Positions 1 to 7,886 of a stretch of 32,175 bases of DNA are shown here, piece after piece; within the stretch, counting starts at the first letter, position 1, and every line of letters starts with the position of its first letter. Origin of the DNA: an uncultured Thermoplasmatales archaeon (lineage in GTDB: Archaea; Thermoplasmatota; E2; UBA202; JdFR-43); contig CAZNGK010000001.1 of the NCBI GenBank assembly GCA_964572575.1, forward strand, positions 1 to 32,175. The letters run 5' to 3'. The notes beneath the pieces are model-generated. The model was not told where the DNA came from and made no database searches. It was given only the letters and a program-made list of their open reading frames with translations. The position numbers and the translations under genes were made by a program.

Positions 1-32
1 TACAATTTTAGTATTTAAGGTTTTTGTTTAAG
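1..32 (-). promoter_or_regulatory. Family-A promoter module, copy A1 (minus-strand TATA CCTTAAATA); would drive a gene left of the window
   Basis: tacaattttagtatttaaggtttttgtttaag matches the 25-35 bp module repeated at 1135, 1954, 5466, 7127, 7709 and 16580. Confidence 0.5.
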
Positions 33-52
33 ATTACTTACAATGTGTGCCT

Positions 53-298
53 TCACTTTTCCATATATTTTTTAAGATATTTTTCAAGATCCTTATCTCT
101 ATTTAGTTTATCAACAATATAATGTGCTATCCCATCAACTTCAGCAGGAGATAATCCTTCTCTAAATGTTTTTGGTCGTATCCAGTTTATTGAAAATAAC
201 TCCTGCCCCTCCTTTTCTCCTTCCAAACAAACCACAACCCTGCCAGCAATCAAACCAAACTTATCGCAACCAATATCCCATTCATCCTTTCCTGCCAT
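53..298 (-). CDS. hypothetical protein (81 aa)
   Basis: Intact ORF in the minus-strand gene string, with AT-rich TATA-like sequence at 300-332 upstream. No recognisable motif. Confidence 0.5.
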   Translation of the reverse strand: MAGKDEWDIGCDKFGLIAGRVVVCLEGEKEGQELFSINWIRPKTFREGLSPAEVDGIAHYIVDKLNRDKDLEKYLKKYMEK

Positions 299-332
299 AT
301 TTTTTATAATTTAAATCAATATAAATATGTTT

Positions 333-665
333 TCATAATCCTAAAGTCATATATCTTATCAGCCAATGTAAATCATTTAAAAAATCTATACTAACAAGGA
401 TCAAAAGCACCATGCATGAATATATGGTTGCTCTTTCCCACACTTCACTTTTTGGTATTTTAAAATATAGGATGTATAGCACAAGCCAGATGAATGCAAT
501 ATAGAATATTGCCACAAAAACCCCTGCTATTCCATCTGATGAAAAGAAATAAGCCATGATAGGATTTCCCTCAATCGCACCAGCACTCAATAAGAAAATT
601 GTTATCCACAACGCCAAGAAGTTAATGGTCATGGAATAAACAAACAATTTCTCCTTTAAATTCAT
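333..665 (-). CDS. small integral membrane protein (3-4 hydrophobic helices)
   Basis: Hydrophobic segments throughout. The EGNPIM loop is reminiscent of DUF5658-type membrane proteins (from memory, unverified). Confidence 0.55.
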   Translation of the reverse strand: MNLKEKLFVYSMTINFLALWITIFLLSAGAIEGNPIMAYFFSSDGIAGVFVAIFYIAFIWLVLYILYFKIPKSEVWERATIYSCMVLLILVSIDFLNDLHWLIRYMTLGL

Positions 666-677
666 GATAATAAAAAA

Positions 678-1127
678 TCAACTGCTTTTTAAAATTTTCA
701 GTAACTCCCTGCCCTTATCTGTTATTGCATATAGTCCTTTATGAAGCATTTCCACCAATCCAAAATTAATGCATCTGATTATGTTCCATCCAAACCACCC
801 AGGGCTTTTTCCTGTCTTTTCATAGATTTCATGTGGTCTAACTGGTCTATCCAAATCGTTCAGAATCTCAAGAATTTCCTTCACATTGTTCAACATCTTT
901 TTTTTCTGGAGGATATTAACTATTTCATCAAAATTAAGTTCTCTATATGGAAAATAAAGTCCGTAGCCATCCCCCTCCACAATGATCTTTTCCCTCATCA
1001 ATTTTTTAAGAATCCAGTTTGCACCAGAATGTCCCACTCCAAGTTTGATTATCATATCCTGTGTTAAAACCCCCTTCTCTTCTAATAGTTGCCTTGCTCT
1101 CTCATAGGCAGTTACATTTTCTTCCAT
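678..1127 (-). CDS. tandem winged-helix DNA-binding protein
   Basis: Two wHTH-like segments (ERARQLLEEKGVLTQDMI..., RPHEIYEKTGKSPGW...). The track start at 1142 is TTG and lies inside promoter A2, so ATG 1127 (22 bp downstream of the TATA) is preferred. Confidence 0.6.
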   Translation of the reverse strand: MEENVTAYERARQLLEEKGVLTQDMIIKLGVGHSGANWILKKLMREKIIVEGDGYGLYFPYRELNFDEIVNILQKKKMLNNVKEILEILNDLDRPVRPHEIYEKTGKSPGWFGWNIIRCINFGLVEMLHKGLYAITDKGRELLKILKSS

Positions 1128-1134
1128 CAAAGTT

Positions 1135-1170
1135 AAATACAATTTTACTATTTAAGGATTTTGTTCAAAT
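1135..1170 (-). promoter_or_regulatory. Family-A promoter module, copy A2
   Basis: aaatacaattttactatttaaggattttgttcaaat sits exactly between the methyltransferase stop (1171) and the next start (1127). Confidence 0.65.
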
Positions 1171-1926
1171 TTAATATTCATCCAATCTGGTATTTGGAAT
1201 TTTATTCAACCGCTTTTCCGCAATTTCAACCCATTTAGGATTTATTTCTATACCAATGTAGTGGCGATTTAATTTCCTTGCCACATAGCATGTAGTTCCA
1301 ACACCGCAAAATGGATCTAAAACAATATCTTCTTCATAACTCCACCATCTTACTAATGGCTCTATTAATGCGATTGGTTTTTGGGTTGGATGTTTGGTTC
1401 TCTCTCTCCCTTGGCATATCGGCGTAGAAATTACATCATGCATCTGTCCCTCTCTCCAGTTGTAATGATGCCCCGCCCCATGATTTTTTGTTGCTATGAT
1501 AAATGCTTCCCATGAGTTCATAAACTTTACCTTTCTCGCCTGTGGAACAGGATTGGTTTTATGCCATACTCCTATATGCCTTACTTTCATCTTTAAATCA
1601 TCCTCTAAAAATCTGCACATATCTGATATATCCCTCTTTTTTAAGAATGTAATAAGCACACCATTATCTTTCAGTTTTTCATAAACAACAGGAATCCAAT
1701 CTTTCCAGTGAATGCCAACCATAACTTCTCTATGCTCTACCAACCCTTTGTGAATATCTGTTGTCTTTCCAAATTTCCCACCATTCCTAACTATTACAGA
1801 TGGTTCTTCCTCAATTCCATATGGTGGATCTGTTAAACATAAGTCAATGCTTTTATCTGGCAATTCTGGAAGAAGTTTCAATGCATCCCCCTCTATTACT
1901 CTATCAATAAAGTTTTCAATACTCAT
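1171..1926 (-). CDS. DNA methyltransferase, beta-class (N6-adenine or N4-cytosine), DPPY type
   Basis: N-terminal motif IV LTDPPYGI and C-terminal motif I LDPFCGVGTT. This IV-then-I order is typical of beta-class amino-MTases. The track start 1935 is GTG; ATG 1926 (MSIENF) is preferred. Confidence 0.9.
   Translation of the reverse strand: MSIENFIDRVIEGDALKLLPELPDKSIDLCLTDPPYGIEEEPSVIVRNGGKFGKTTDIHKGLVEHREVMVGIHWKDWIPVVYEKLKDNGVLITFLKKRDISDMCRFLEDDLKMKVRHIGVWHKTNPVPQARKVKFMNSWEAFIIATKNHGAGHHYNWREGQMHDVISTPICQGRERTKHPTQKPIALIEPLVRWWSYEEDIVLDPFCGVGTTCYVARKLNRHYIGIEINPKWVEIAEKRLNKIPNTRLDEY
1233..1323. repeat. 91-bp perfect inverted repeat, copy 1 (partner 18317-18407)
   Basis: The reverse complement of 1233-1323 is base-for-base identical to 18317-18407. 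It lies in the motif-I region of the MTase gene. Confidence 0.95.
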
Positions 1927-1953
1927 ATATAGCACCTTGTCTTTCCATAATGG

Positions 1954-1989
1954 AAATACAATTTTATTATTTAAGGATTTTGTTTAAGG
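1954..1989 (-). promoter_or_regulatory. Family-A promoter module, copy A3
   Basis: aaatacaattttattatttaaggattttgtttaagg lies upstream of the MTase gene 1171-1926. Confidence 0.6.
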
Positions 1990-2036
1990 TTAATTCAATT
2001 TAGAAAAGATTTTTAACCATAAGTTTCTTTATATAT

Positions 2037-2354
2037 GTGGAATTAGAGAATTTCATTAAGGATGAAATAAGCAGGATGTTTGAAAGAAAGAGAAAATTTG
2101 TCAATGTAGAGGCAAAACTCGATGTTGGATTTTTAGATCACCAACCAATAGAGGGAGAAAGTGTTTATGGAGAAGCATACCCCTTTGAAAAGCCACCAAG
2201 GGTTAGAATAGATATTTTCCCAATAGATGCAACAAAAAAGGATATTGAGGCAACAATATGCCATGAATTGGTGCATATTAAACATCCAGAATTGGAACAT
2301 AGCAAAGAATTTGAAAAGAAGGTAAAGGAGTGCATAACAGAATCTTTTATGTAA
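2037..2354 (+). CDS. small HExxH zinc metallopeptidase-like protein (SprT/DUF45-like)
   Basis: ICHELVHIKHPELEH contains HExxH plus a downstream His. GTG start. Confidence 0.55.
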   Translation: MELENFIKDEISRMFERKRKFVNVEAKLDVGFLDHQPIEGESVYGEAYPFEKPPRVRIDIFPIDATKKDIEATICHELVHIKHPELEHSKEFEKKVKECITESFM

Positions 2355-2365
2355 CTGCCCTTCAC

Positions 2366-2415
2366 AGAATGCAAAATTTCAACGAAAACCCCCCACTTTT
2401 TGTGTTAAATTTGCT
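2366..2415 (+). repeat. lox/FRT-like site 1: arm L1 (23 nt), core ccccccac, arm R1 (19 nt)
   Basis: agaatgcaaaatttcaacgaaaa-ccccccac-tttttgtgttaaatttgct. The arms are imperfect inverted repeats of each other. The partner site is at 8587-8636. Confidence 0.7.
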
Positions 2416-2457
2416 GTTTCATTAAATCATAAAAATAAGAAATAGGGAAAGGGTTGT

Positions 2458-2697
2458 TTATATGAACATTGGGTCAAATTTCTTTTCCTCTTTTTCATTG
2501 ATCAAAACTAAATCTTCTTCCTCCAATGCATAGAGATCTATTATCTTCTCCTTTTCCTTCTGTATTTCCTTATCCTCCATTGCCTTCTCAATGATTTTAT
2601 TTGCCAAATTCACTGCCTCGCTGGGGTTATCTGTTTTCACATGAAGGAACATGCTAACTATCATTTCAGGTTCTTTTTCCTTTCTCTTTCCATTCAT
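2458..2697 (-). CDS. hypothetical acidic protein (79 aa)
   Basis: Last ORF of the coupled minus-strand chain; its start overlaps the stop of the upstream ORF. Confidence 0.5.
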   Translation of the reverse strand: MNGKRKEKEPEMIVSMFLHVKTDNPSEAVNLANKIIEKAMEDKEIQKEKEKIIDLYALEEEDLVLINEKEEKKFDPMFI

Positions 2698-2930
2698 TTT
2701 ATCTCCTCCTTTTCCTCAATATGGTTTATTAGATCCTGTATTATTTCTGTAAAAGGCAATATGAATGATTTTCTGAAATCATCTATATCAATGCATATTC
2801 CTTCGCTATTGTATGTCATTGTAAATTTTCTTCTCTTGCCTTTTATTTCTGCTTCCCCATTTCCAATATGCCCTACCAAATGTATTATGGTAACCGCATT
2901 TTCTGGATAATCTTTCTCTTTCCACTTCAT
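2694..2930 (-). CDS. hypothetical protein (78 aa)
   Basis: ATGA-type overlap at both ends. The SD (GGAGGGA) is embedded in the upstream gene tail. Confidence 0.55.
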   Translation of the reverse strand: MKWKEKDYPENAVTIIHLVGHIGNGEAEIKGKRRKFTMTYNSEGICIDIDDFRKSFILPFTEIIQDLINHIEEKEEIK

Positions 2931-3130
2931 TCTATTCCCTCCATTGCTAAATCCGAAAGATAACTATTTATGGCATGGACTATACCTTCAAAATCGTTTA
3001 TTTTCTGCAATTCCTCTAACAAGTCAAAATTATCGCAATCCTCTATTTTAAAGAATAGTCCTACCTCGTCTTTATGTTCATTAAACCATTCCCGCAATAT
3101 CCTTTTTTGCTTCTTTGTTAATCCCTTCAT
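2927..3130 (-). CDS. hypothetical protein (67 aa)
   Basis: Preceded by the junction AAATGGAGGGATGAAAAATGAAGG (SD inside the upstream stop region). Confidence 0.55.
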   Translation of the reverse strand: MKGLTKKQKRILREWFNEHKDEVGLFFKIEDCDNFDLLEELQKINDFEGIVHAINSYLSDLAMEGIE

Positions 3131-3133
3131 TTT

Positions 3134-3430
3134 TCATCCCTCCATTTTCTTTTCAATTTCTTTTATCTTTTTATTTATCTCCCTCAATTGCTTTAGCAAT
3201 GTTAATTTCTTTTTATGTAACTCTATGAATATAGGATCTATCTGTGGTTTGCATTTCATTGAGTTTATCGCTTTCTCAATATCATTGCCATAATTGTTTG
3301 TTAATGCTAACTGGAATTTTCCACATTTATGGCATTGCCCTGTAAATCTCAATGGAGATAGGCATAATGTTGGATTTTTTTCAGGATCTAAAACATCCTT
3401 TGAATTAACAACCGCTACCTTCATTTTCAT
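3134..3430 (-). CDS. hypothetical protein (98 aa), possible Cys4 metal site
   Basis: Its Cys residues include a CHKC pair (CLSP...QCHKCGKF...KCKP). Preceded by a junction nearly identical to the one at 3123-3148. Confidence 0.55.
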   Translation of the reverse strand: MKMKVAVVNSKDVLDPEKNPTLCLSPLRFTGQCHKCGKFQLALTNNYGNDIEKAINSMKCKPQIDPIFIELHKKKLTLLKQLREINKKIKEIEKKMEG

Positions 3431-3738
3431 CCCTCCATTTCGCTTACATCATCTATAACAAATTCACAAATTTCGTTCAATGTTTCATACAGTTTATCTT
3501 TTGCTTCGTTTTCATCTCTTGCCTCAATTCTGCCGTGAACTTCAAAATAAAATACTTTATACTTTTCTCTTTCCAATCGTTCCCTTTCTTCATATATATT
3601 ATACTCTGTTCCACATTGTGGGCATACTATTATGGTTTTGCTGGAAAAATCCTTGAATTGCCAATCATCCCCAACAGGACAACCACATTCCCTGCATTTT
3701 TCTATTTCTAATTCATTTAATATATCAATTGCCTTCAT
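3427..3738 (-). CDS. zinc-ribbon protein (about 103 aa)
   Basis: CRECGC...CPQCG. The track start 3828 overlaps the upstream gene by 88 nt. ATG 3738 follows the upstream stop (3741-3743) and the SD GGAGGGG. Confidence 0.6.
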   Translation of the reverse strand: MKAIDILNELEIEKCRECGCPVGDDWQFKDFSSKTIIVCPQCGTEYNIYEERERLEREKYKVFYFEVHGRIEARDENEAKDKLYETLNEICEFVIDDVSEMEG

Positions 3739-3740
3739 CT

Positions 3741-4295
3741 TTACCCCTCCATTTCCATTATTACATTTCCTTCCATATCCATGATTACATATGCTTCCTT
3801 TCCGCATGTGCATTTCTCTTGCCCGCATTCAGAACATATCATTATGCCTTCGCTTTCAATTTCATTCAATGCATTTATGAAATCTGCCAATTCACTTTCA
3901 TATATTCCAAGATCCATTACCTTTTCCAGTTGTTCTTTGCATTCATTGTATATTTTTTCTGCTCTCCTGCTATCACTGTTATATCCATACTCACCGCAAA
4001 ACTCCTCAAAATCCATGCTTCCTGCCCATGCATCCTCCAAGAATGATTTAAAAGCCAAAAGCATATCCATGAGATCCATTGTTGTTTTTCCCTTTTCCCA
4101 GTTCGCATTTGAATCATAGAATTTGAATGATTTTGTTATTGCCCCGTTCTCAAATTCCCTTTTTACTGTTATCTCAAATACATTGTGCATCATGTTATCA
4201 TCGCTATTAGGGAATCCCTCTATTTCTCCTATGTGCTTCGCTGTTATTTCAAATTCCTTATCCAGTATTGTTAATTTTGCTCTTACCATTTCCAT
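3741..4295 (-). CDS. hypothetical protein (184 aa) with C-terminal CxxC...CxC
   Basis: Long intact ORF, coupled start (GGAGGAATGGAAATGG), C-terminal CSECGQEKCTCG. Confidence 0.6.
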   Translation of the reverse strand: MEMVRAKLTILDKEFEITAKHIGEIEGFPNSDDNMMHNVFEITVKREFENGAITKSFKFYDSNANWEKGKTTMDLMDMLLAFKSFLEDAWAGSMDFEEFCGEYGYNSDSRRAEKIYNECKEQLEKVMDLGIYESELADFINALNEIESEGIMICSECGQEKCTCGKEAYVIMDMEGNVIMEMEG

Positions 4296-4534
4296 TCCTC
4301 CTGCTCTAATTCTTTTAGCATTTTCATTGCATTTTCATAGTTATCATATTCAAATATCGCAAAAATGCTATCACTATCTATCCTTGTAAATCTGCCATTA
4401 TGTTGTTCTATGAATGCCCTTGTTTTTTCATGCTCTTTTTCATCAAGGGCATATGCCATTACTTCAATTTTATATGTTTTGCTACCATCTTCGTTCTCAT
4501 ACTCGTAAAATTCGCTTATTACTTTCTCATTCAT
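4283..4534 (-). CDS. hypothetical protein (83 aa)
   Basis: Start overlaps the upstream stop by 8 nt, with the SD AAAGGGGGGAT upstream. Confidence 0.55.
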   Translation of the reverse strand: MNEKVISEFYEYENEDGSKTYKIEVMAYALDEKEHEKTRAFIEQHNGRFTRIDSDSIFAIFEYDNYENAMKMLKELEQEEWKW

Positions 4535-4877
4535 TGCGATCCCCCCTTTCCATTTCCATCTTTATAATTACTGCATCTGTCAGCCATATGCCTCTTAATG
4601 CCTTAAAGATATTCGCCAGTTGCCAGTTATCACCCTTGTAATCTACTAATTCATCCTCAAGTATGTTTTTGAATTCATCTATTGCCTCGCCATCATTTTT
4701 AGCAAACTGTATGAATTTTAGCATTGCCATGCCTATTGCATGTTCCTTGTCATATCCGCCCTGTTCTGCATATTTCTCCGCTTCATAGAGTGCAAATTCG
4801 CCCGCTACAGGAGTTCCCGTATTTGCCCCGCATGGTGCATCTATCTCATACAATCTTCTTATTACCTTTTCAAACAT
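4527..4877 (-). CDS. hypothetical protein (116 aa)
   Basis: ATGA overlap with the upstream gene at 4875-4879, with the SD GGGGGTGAT. Confidence 0.55.
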   Translation of the reverse strand: MFEKVIRRLYEIDAPCGANTGTPVAGEFALYEAEKYAEQGGYDKEHAIGMAMLKFIQFAKNDGEAIDEFKNILEDELVDYKGDNWQLANIFKALRGIWLTDAVIIKMEMERGDRNE

Positions 4878-5449
4878 CAGTTATCACCCCCTATTATGCT
4901 TATTAAATCTTCTTTACTTATGTTGTATTTCTCCATCATTGCTTCTATCTCATATTTTATCATCTGTTTTATATCAACCTTTATGATCCCCTCCCTTTCG
5001 GCATAGTATTTCGCTGTTTTAATCAATGTATTTATTACTTTACTGCCATTGCTTTCATTTTTATAAAACTGCTTCATTGCTGTTTTTATATCATCATCTA
5101 TCGCATCCATCTCCTTCCTGTTGTTTATGAATGTTATTGATGCTATCATATTTAGATCATTGTTTATTGCATAATACAATGTATAACTGCATCTGCTATT
5201 TTTCCATGATGAGAAATCATCAAGCACAATGTAAAACTCCCCATTTCTAAATGAATAAAGTCCATGCCCTCTACTGCCCTCAATCGGAGAAAGAAAATCC
5301 AAGCCATTTTTTGTTATCCCTGCTATCCAGTATTTTCCTGCACATTTTGTATTTCTTACAATGTCCATCATTTTTTCAAATTCTGTGGGGATTACACCTT
5401 CAGCACCGCCCCCACTCACGGTGCATATCTTATTTCCTTCCATTTCCAT
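4877..5449 (-). CDS. hypothetical protein (190 aa), first gene of the transcription unit
   Basis: ATG 5449 lies about 30 bp downstream of the A4 TATA box. Confidence 0.6.
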   Translation of the reverse strand: MEMEGNKICTVSGGGAEGVIPTEFEKMMDIVRNTKCAGKYWIAGITKNGLDFLSPIEGSRGHGLYSFRNGEFYIVLDDFSSWKNSRCSYTLYYAINNDLNMIASITFINNRKEMDAIDDDIKTAMKQFYKNESNGSKVINTLIKTAKYYAEREGIIKVDIKQMIKYEIEAMMEKYNISKEDLISIIGGDN

Positions 5450-5465
5450 ATCACCCCAATATAGT

Positions 5466-5500
5466 AATACAAAAAAAGTATTTAAAGTTTTTGTTTAAAG
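5466..5500 (-). promoter_or_regulatory. Family-A promoter module, copy A4
   Basis: aatacaaaaaaagtatttaaagtttttgtttaaag. Together with the start of the downstream gene it is near-identical over about 65 bp to 7105-7165. Confidence 0.7.
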
Positions 5501-5566
5501 TTATTAACATACTATAAACTATTGTTTTGTATATATAAAAAATATAAGAGAAGGGAAAGGATCGCA

Positions 5567-5677
5567 TTACAGATTTTCAATGATTTTCCTTGCATCATCT
5601 TCAGTTAATAATGCCTCAATCAGTGTTGGAGATCTTATGCATATGGGATTTAATCCTGCCATCTCCAATGCTTTCAT
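5567..5677 (-). CDS. micro-ORF (36 aa), below the ORF-track cutoff
   Basis: MKALEMAGLNPICIRSPTLIEALLTEDDARKIIENL. TAATG overlap with the preceding micro-ORF. Confidence 0.35.
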   Translation of the reverse strand: MKALEMAGLNPICIRSPTLIEALLTEDDARKIIENL

Positions 5678-5763
5678 TAGTTTTTCTGTAAATATTGTAT
5701 TTGCATAGAAAAATGGGTATATGCCCCATATAGCATTTTCTTTAATCTTTCCTTATAACTCAT
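5677..5763 (-). CDS. micro-ORF (28 aa), below the ORF-track cutoff
   Basis: A strong SD AAGGAGGGAT sits 4 nt upstream of ATG 5763 (the SD ends at 5768), immediately after the PCNA stop (5775-5777). Confidence 0.4.
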   Translation of the reverse strand: MSYKERLKKMLYGAYTHFSMQIQYLQKN

Positions 5764-5774
5764 GCTATCCCTCC

Positions 5775-7112
5775 TTAATATTCTATTCTTGGTGCAAGAA
5801 GGAAATATCCCTGTATATCTCCAGTTTTAAAGTGTATTTTCATTGGATGATCTTTTGCCATCTCTATTTTTATTTTATCAACCTTTAGGGAATACAGTAA
5901 ATCAATGAATCCTTTAAGGTAATCTCCTATGTCATACATGCTCTTAATTTCCTCCTTATCATCCATGATATTTATTTCATCGCATTCATCTTTTTTGAAT
6001 ATTGCCTTTATGTGATCCACATCATTTTCTCCATATACAATTACTTTATCATGCTTGATCTCTATTTTACAATAATCGCTTATCTCATTTATGCTTCTTA
6101 TTGTTTTTCTCAATTTCTTTACTGGCAATATCGCTGATCCCTTAAATTCCATTGATGGTTCTTTTTCATATCCTATTTCATCCTTATCTAATAATGCTAT
6201 CGCAAAAGAAATATTCTCATGTTTTATGAATACTTTATCATCCTCTATCCTATCTATTGTTATTTCATCATTGCTTTCATAATGTTTTAAGAATTTCTTT
6301 ACTTTATTAATATCTATGGCAAATTCAGTATTTACTGAATTTTCATTTATTTCATCAGGCAATAGAGAAATATTCATCATGGCAACATGCCCAGGATCAA
6401 CAAAAATGGAGTTTATAACTGGCAATTCCATTTCCATTTCTCCATCTCCATGCTTTATTGTTTTTATGCCTATTATTGCTTCATCTCTTAAATATTCTAT
6501 GAGTTTAAAGAAATTCTCCATTTCCTTCTTATTTGTTTTTGCATTTATGATTATAGGCATCCAAGATTTTTCCAATTCCTCTATGTATTCTATGAAATGC
6601 CCAAAATTTTCATTTAATTCATCTTCTTTTATATCATTGCCTATCCTGAATATCCTATGCCTTATCAGTTTTATATAACATCTATGGCATAACTCCCTAT
6701 TTTCAAATGCCTTATGTATTGCTGAATATCTATGTATATTATAGGCATCCTCTATGCTTATTATAGTTTTTTTACAATCTTCACATAGCAAATTGAATGC
6801 CCTTTCCTCAATCTTCATCCTTTCCATTTCTCCATCATAGATCCTTTTATCAATTTCCTTATTTTCATCCTTTTTCTCTATCATTGCCCTCCATTCATCT
6901 ATCTGATTTTCATTGCCATCATTGTTAGCATTCAGGATCTCAAAAAATTCTTTACTGAATTTTACAGTTTTGCCATCATCCAGCATTATTGTATATTTGC
7001 TTGATCCATTTTCAGGCAATGCCTGTATTGTTCCAGTTTTGCATTCATATACTCCATCCACAAATTTTATTCTATCTCCTATCCTATACATCATCTCTAT
7101 CTCCATTTCCAT
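5775..7112 (-). CDS. PCNA (sliding clamp) homologue with a roughly 190 aa N-terminal extension (KOW-like barrel plus CxxC...CxxC)
   Basis: The C-terminal 255 aa or so align by eye along the whole length of archaeal PCNA (DEAxxxI, VDPGHVAMMNISL, KSMYDIGDYL, terminal FLLAPRIEY). The track start 7133 is TTG inside the promoter, so ATG 7112 is preferred. Confidence 0.8.
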   Translation of the reverse strand: MEMEIEMMYRIGDRIKFVDGVYECKTGTIQALPENGSSKYTIMLDDGKTVKFSKEFFEILNANNDGNENQIDEWRAMIEKKDENKEIDKRIYDGEMERMKIEERAFNLLCEDCKKTIISIEDAYNIHRYSAIHKAFENRELCHRCYIKLIRHRIFRIGNDIKEDELNENFGHFIEYIEELEKSWMPIIINAKTNKKEMENFFKLIEYLRDEAIIGIKTIKHGDGEMEMELPVINSIFVDPGHVAMMNISLLPDEINENSVNTEFAIDINKVKKFLKHYESNDEITIDRIEDDKVFIKHENISFAIALLDKDEIGYEKEPSMEFKGSAILPVKKLRKTIRSINEISDYCKIEIKHDKVIVYGENDVDHIKAIFKKDECDEINIMDDKEEIKSMYDIGDYLKGFIDLLYSLKVDKIKIEMAKDHPMKIHFKTGDIQGYFLLAPRIEY

Positions 7113-7126
7113 ATCACCAATATAGT

Positions 7127-7161
7127 AATACAAAAAAAGTATTTAAAGTTTTTGTTTAAAA
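7127..7161 (-). promoter_or_regulatory. Family-A promoter module, copy A5
   Basis: aatacaaaaaaagtatttaaagtttttgtttaaaa, TATA about 30 bp upstream of ATG 7112. Confidence 0.7.
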
Positions 7162-7219
7162 TTATTGTTTAAGAATGCCTATCTTTTTAATTTATTCCTC
7201 TATATAGGAATGAAAGAAA

Positions 7220-7247
7220 TTTTCATGTAATATTCATTACATGAAAA
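7220..7247. promoter_or_regulatory. perfect 12-bp-stem hairpin/palindrome (terminator or operator)
   Basis: ttttcatgtaat-attc-attacatgaaaa lies between the end of gene 7330-7701 and promoter A5. Confidence 0.5.
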
Positions 7248-7329
7248 AGAAAATGCAATAGGAAAAAAATTTCAAAATTTGATCCAAAAGGTTTATGCCA
7301 AGCAGATTCGGATGTTCTGAATAAGTTTT

Positions 7330-7701
7330 TTATATTCTTTCAACAATCAAATCTAATTCATTTACTTCTTTAAATTCATCTATGGTCAGAGGAATTTTAG
7401 ATGATACTTTCTTTTCAAATACTTCTATTGCTACCTTTTTTCCCTTTTTATTAAATACAAAAAAAGTATTATATTTATTTATTAACTTACCATTTTTTCC
7501 TTTCATCTGTTTTTGTTCTTTTCTACACCAACCAAGTGATCTGAATTTATCTAAAATTCTATATGCCTGACCGTATGGTATATTCAATTTTTTCGCAACA
7601 TCATTTGGCGATAATACCCAATCCTTTTTGAATGCAAGAAATAAAGTTAAATCCCCATTCCCTAATCCAAGTATTTCTTTAAGAAATTTAAATGTCTCCA
7701 T
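7330..7701 (-). CDS. winged-helix DNA-binding protein (123 aa)
   Basis: SPNDVAKKLNIPYGQAYRILDKFRSLGW looks like an HTH plus wing. The ATG is about 21 bp downstream of the A6 TATA. Confidence 0.65.
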   Translation of the reverse strand: METFKFLKEILGLGNGDLTLFLAFKKDWVLSPNDVAKKLNIPYGQAYRILDKFRSLGWCRKEQKQMKGKNGKLINKYNTFFVFNKKGKKVAIEVFEKKVSSKIPLTIDEFKEVNELDLIVERI

Positions 7702-7708
7702 ATTTCAT

Positions 7709-7733
7709 AATACAAAAAAAGTATTTAAGGTTT
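7709..7733 (-). promoter_or_regulatory. Family-A promoter module, copy A6
   Basis: aatacaaaaaaagtatttaaggttt. Confidence 0.65.
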
Positions 7734-7886
7734 AATGCGAAAGTTTACACTCCTTATTGCTCTTGGGCTTTTCTCTGGGGCTTTTGATAGAGGTATTTGT
7801 ATATACAAAACAATATATGAAAAAATGATTTAACAAATTAAACAATAGACAATAAGACAAAATTTATTTACAAATTCTATTGCCAA

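Noticed and set aside
741-1067. Antisense or overlapping ORFs in the six-frame track. Examples are 741-1067, 1496-1684, 2970-3293, 3729-4119, 6316-6678, 10849-11148, 15896-16126, 21024-21420, 24145-24705, 26722-27597, 27882-28377, 28865-29089, 29485-30510 and 31413-31641.
   Set aside because: Each lies wholly inside or opposite a longer ORF with recognisable motifs, coupling signals or promoters. Their translations are low-complexity (F/L/S/I-rich) mirror-frame products. The cluster at 26.7-31.6 kb is explained by locally higher GC, which reduces stop codons.
2366-2415. Reading the C6-core palindromes as archaeal ORB (Orc1/Cdc6) boxes marking a replication origin
   Set aside because: Resemblance to the ORB consensus (dyad plus G-string) is only from memory and partial. 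No Orc1/Cdc6 or MCM gene is in the window. It is kept as an alternative hypothesis within the lox-like finding rather than as a feature call.
7796-7809. 14-bp perfect palindrome tttgtatatacaaa, plus the tandem gggctttt motifs at about 7767-7790
   Set aside because: A short AT palindrome is expected by chance in this composition, it occurs only once, and it has no clear positional logic.
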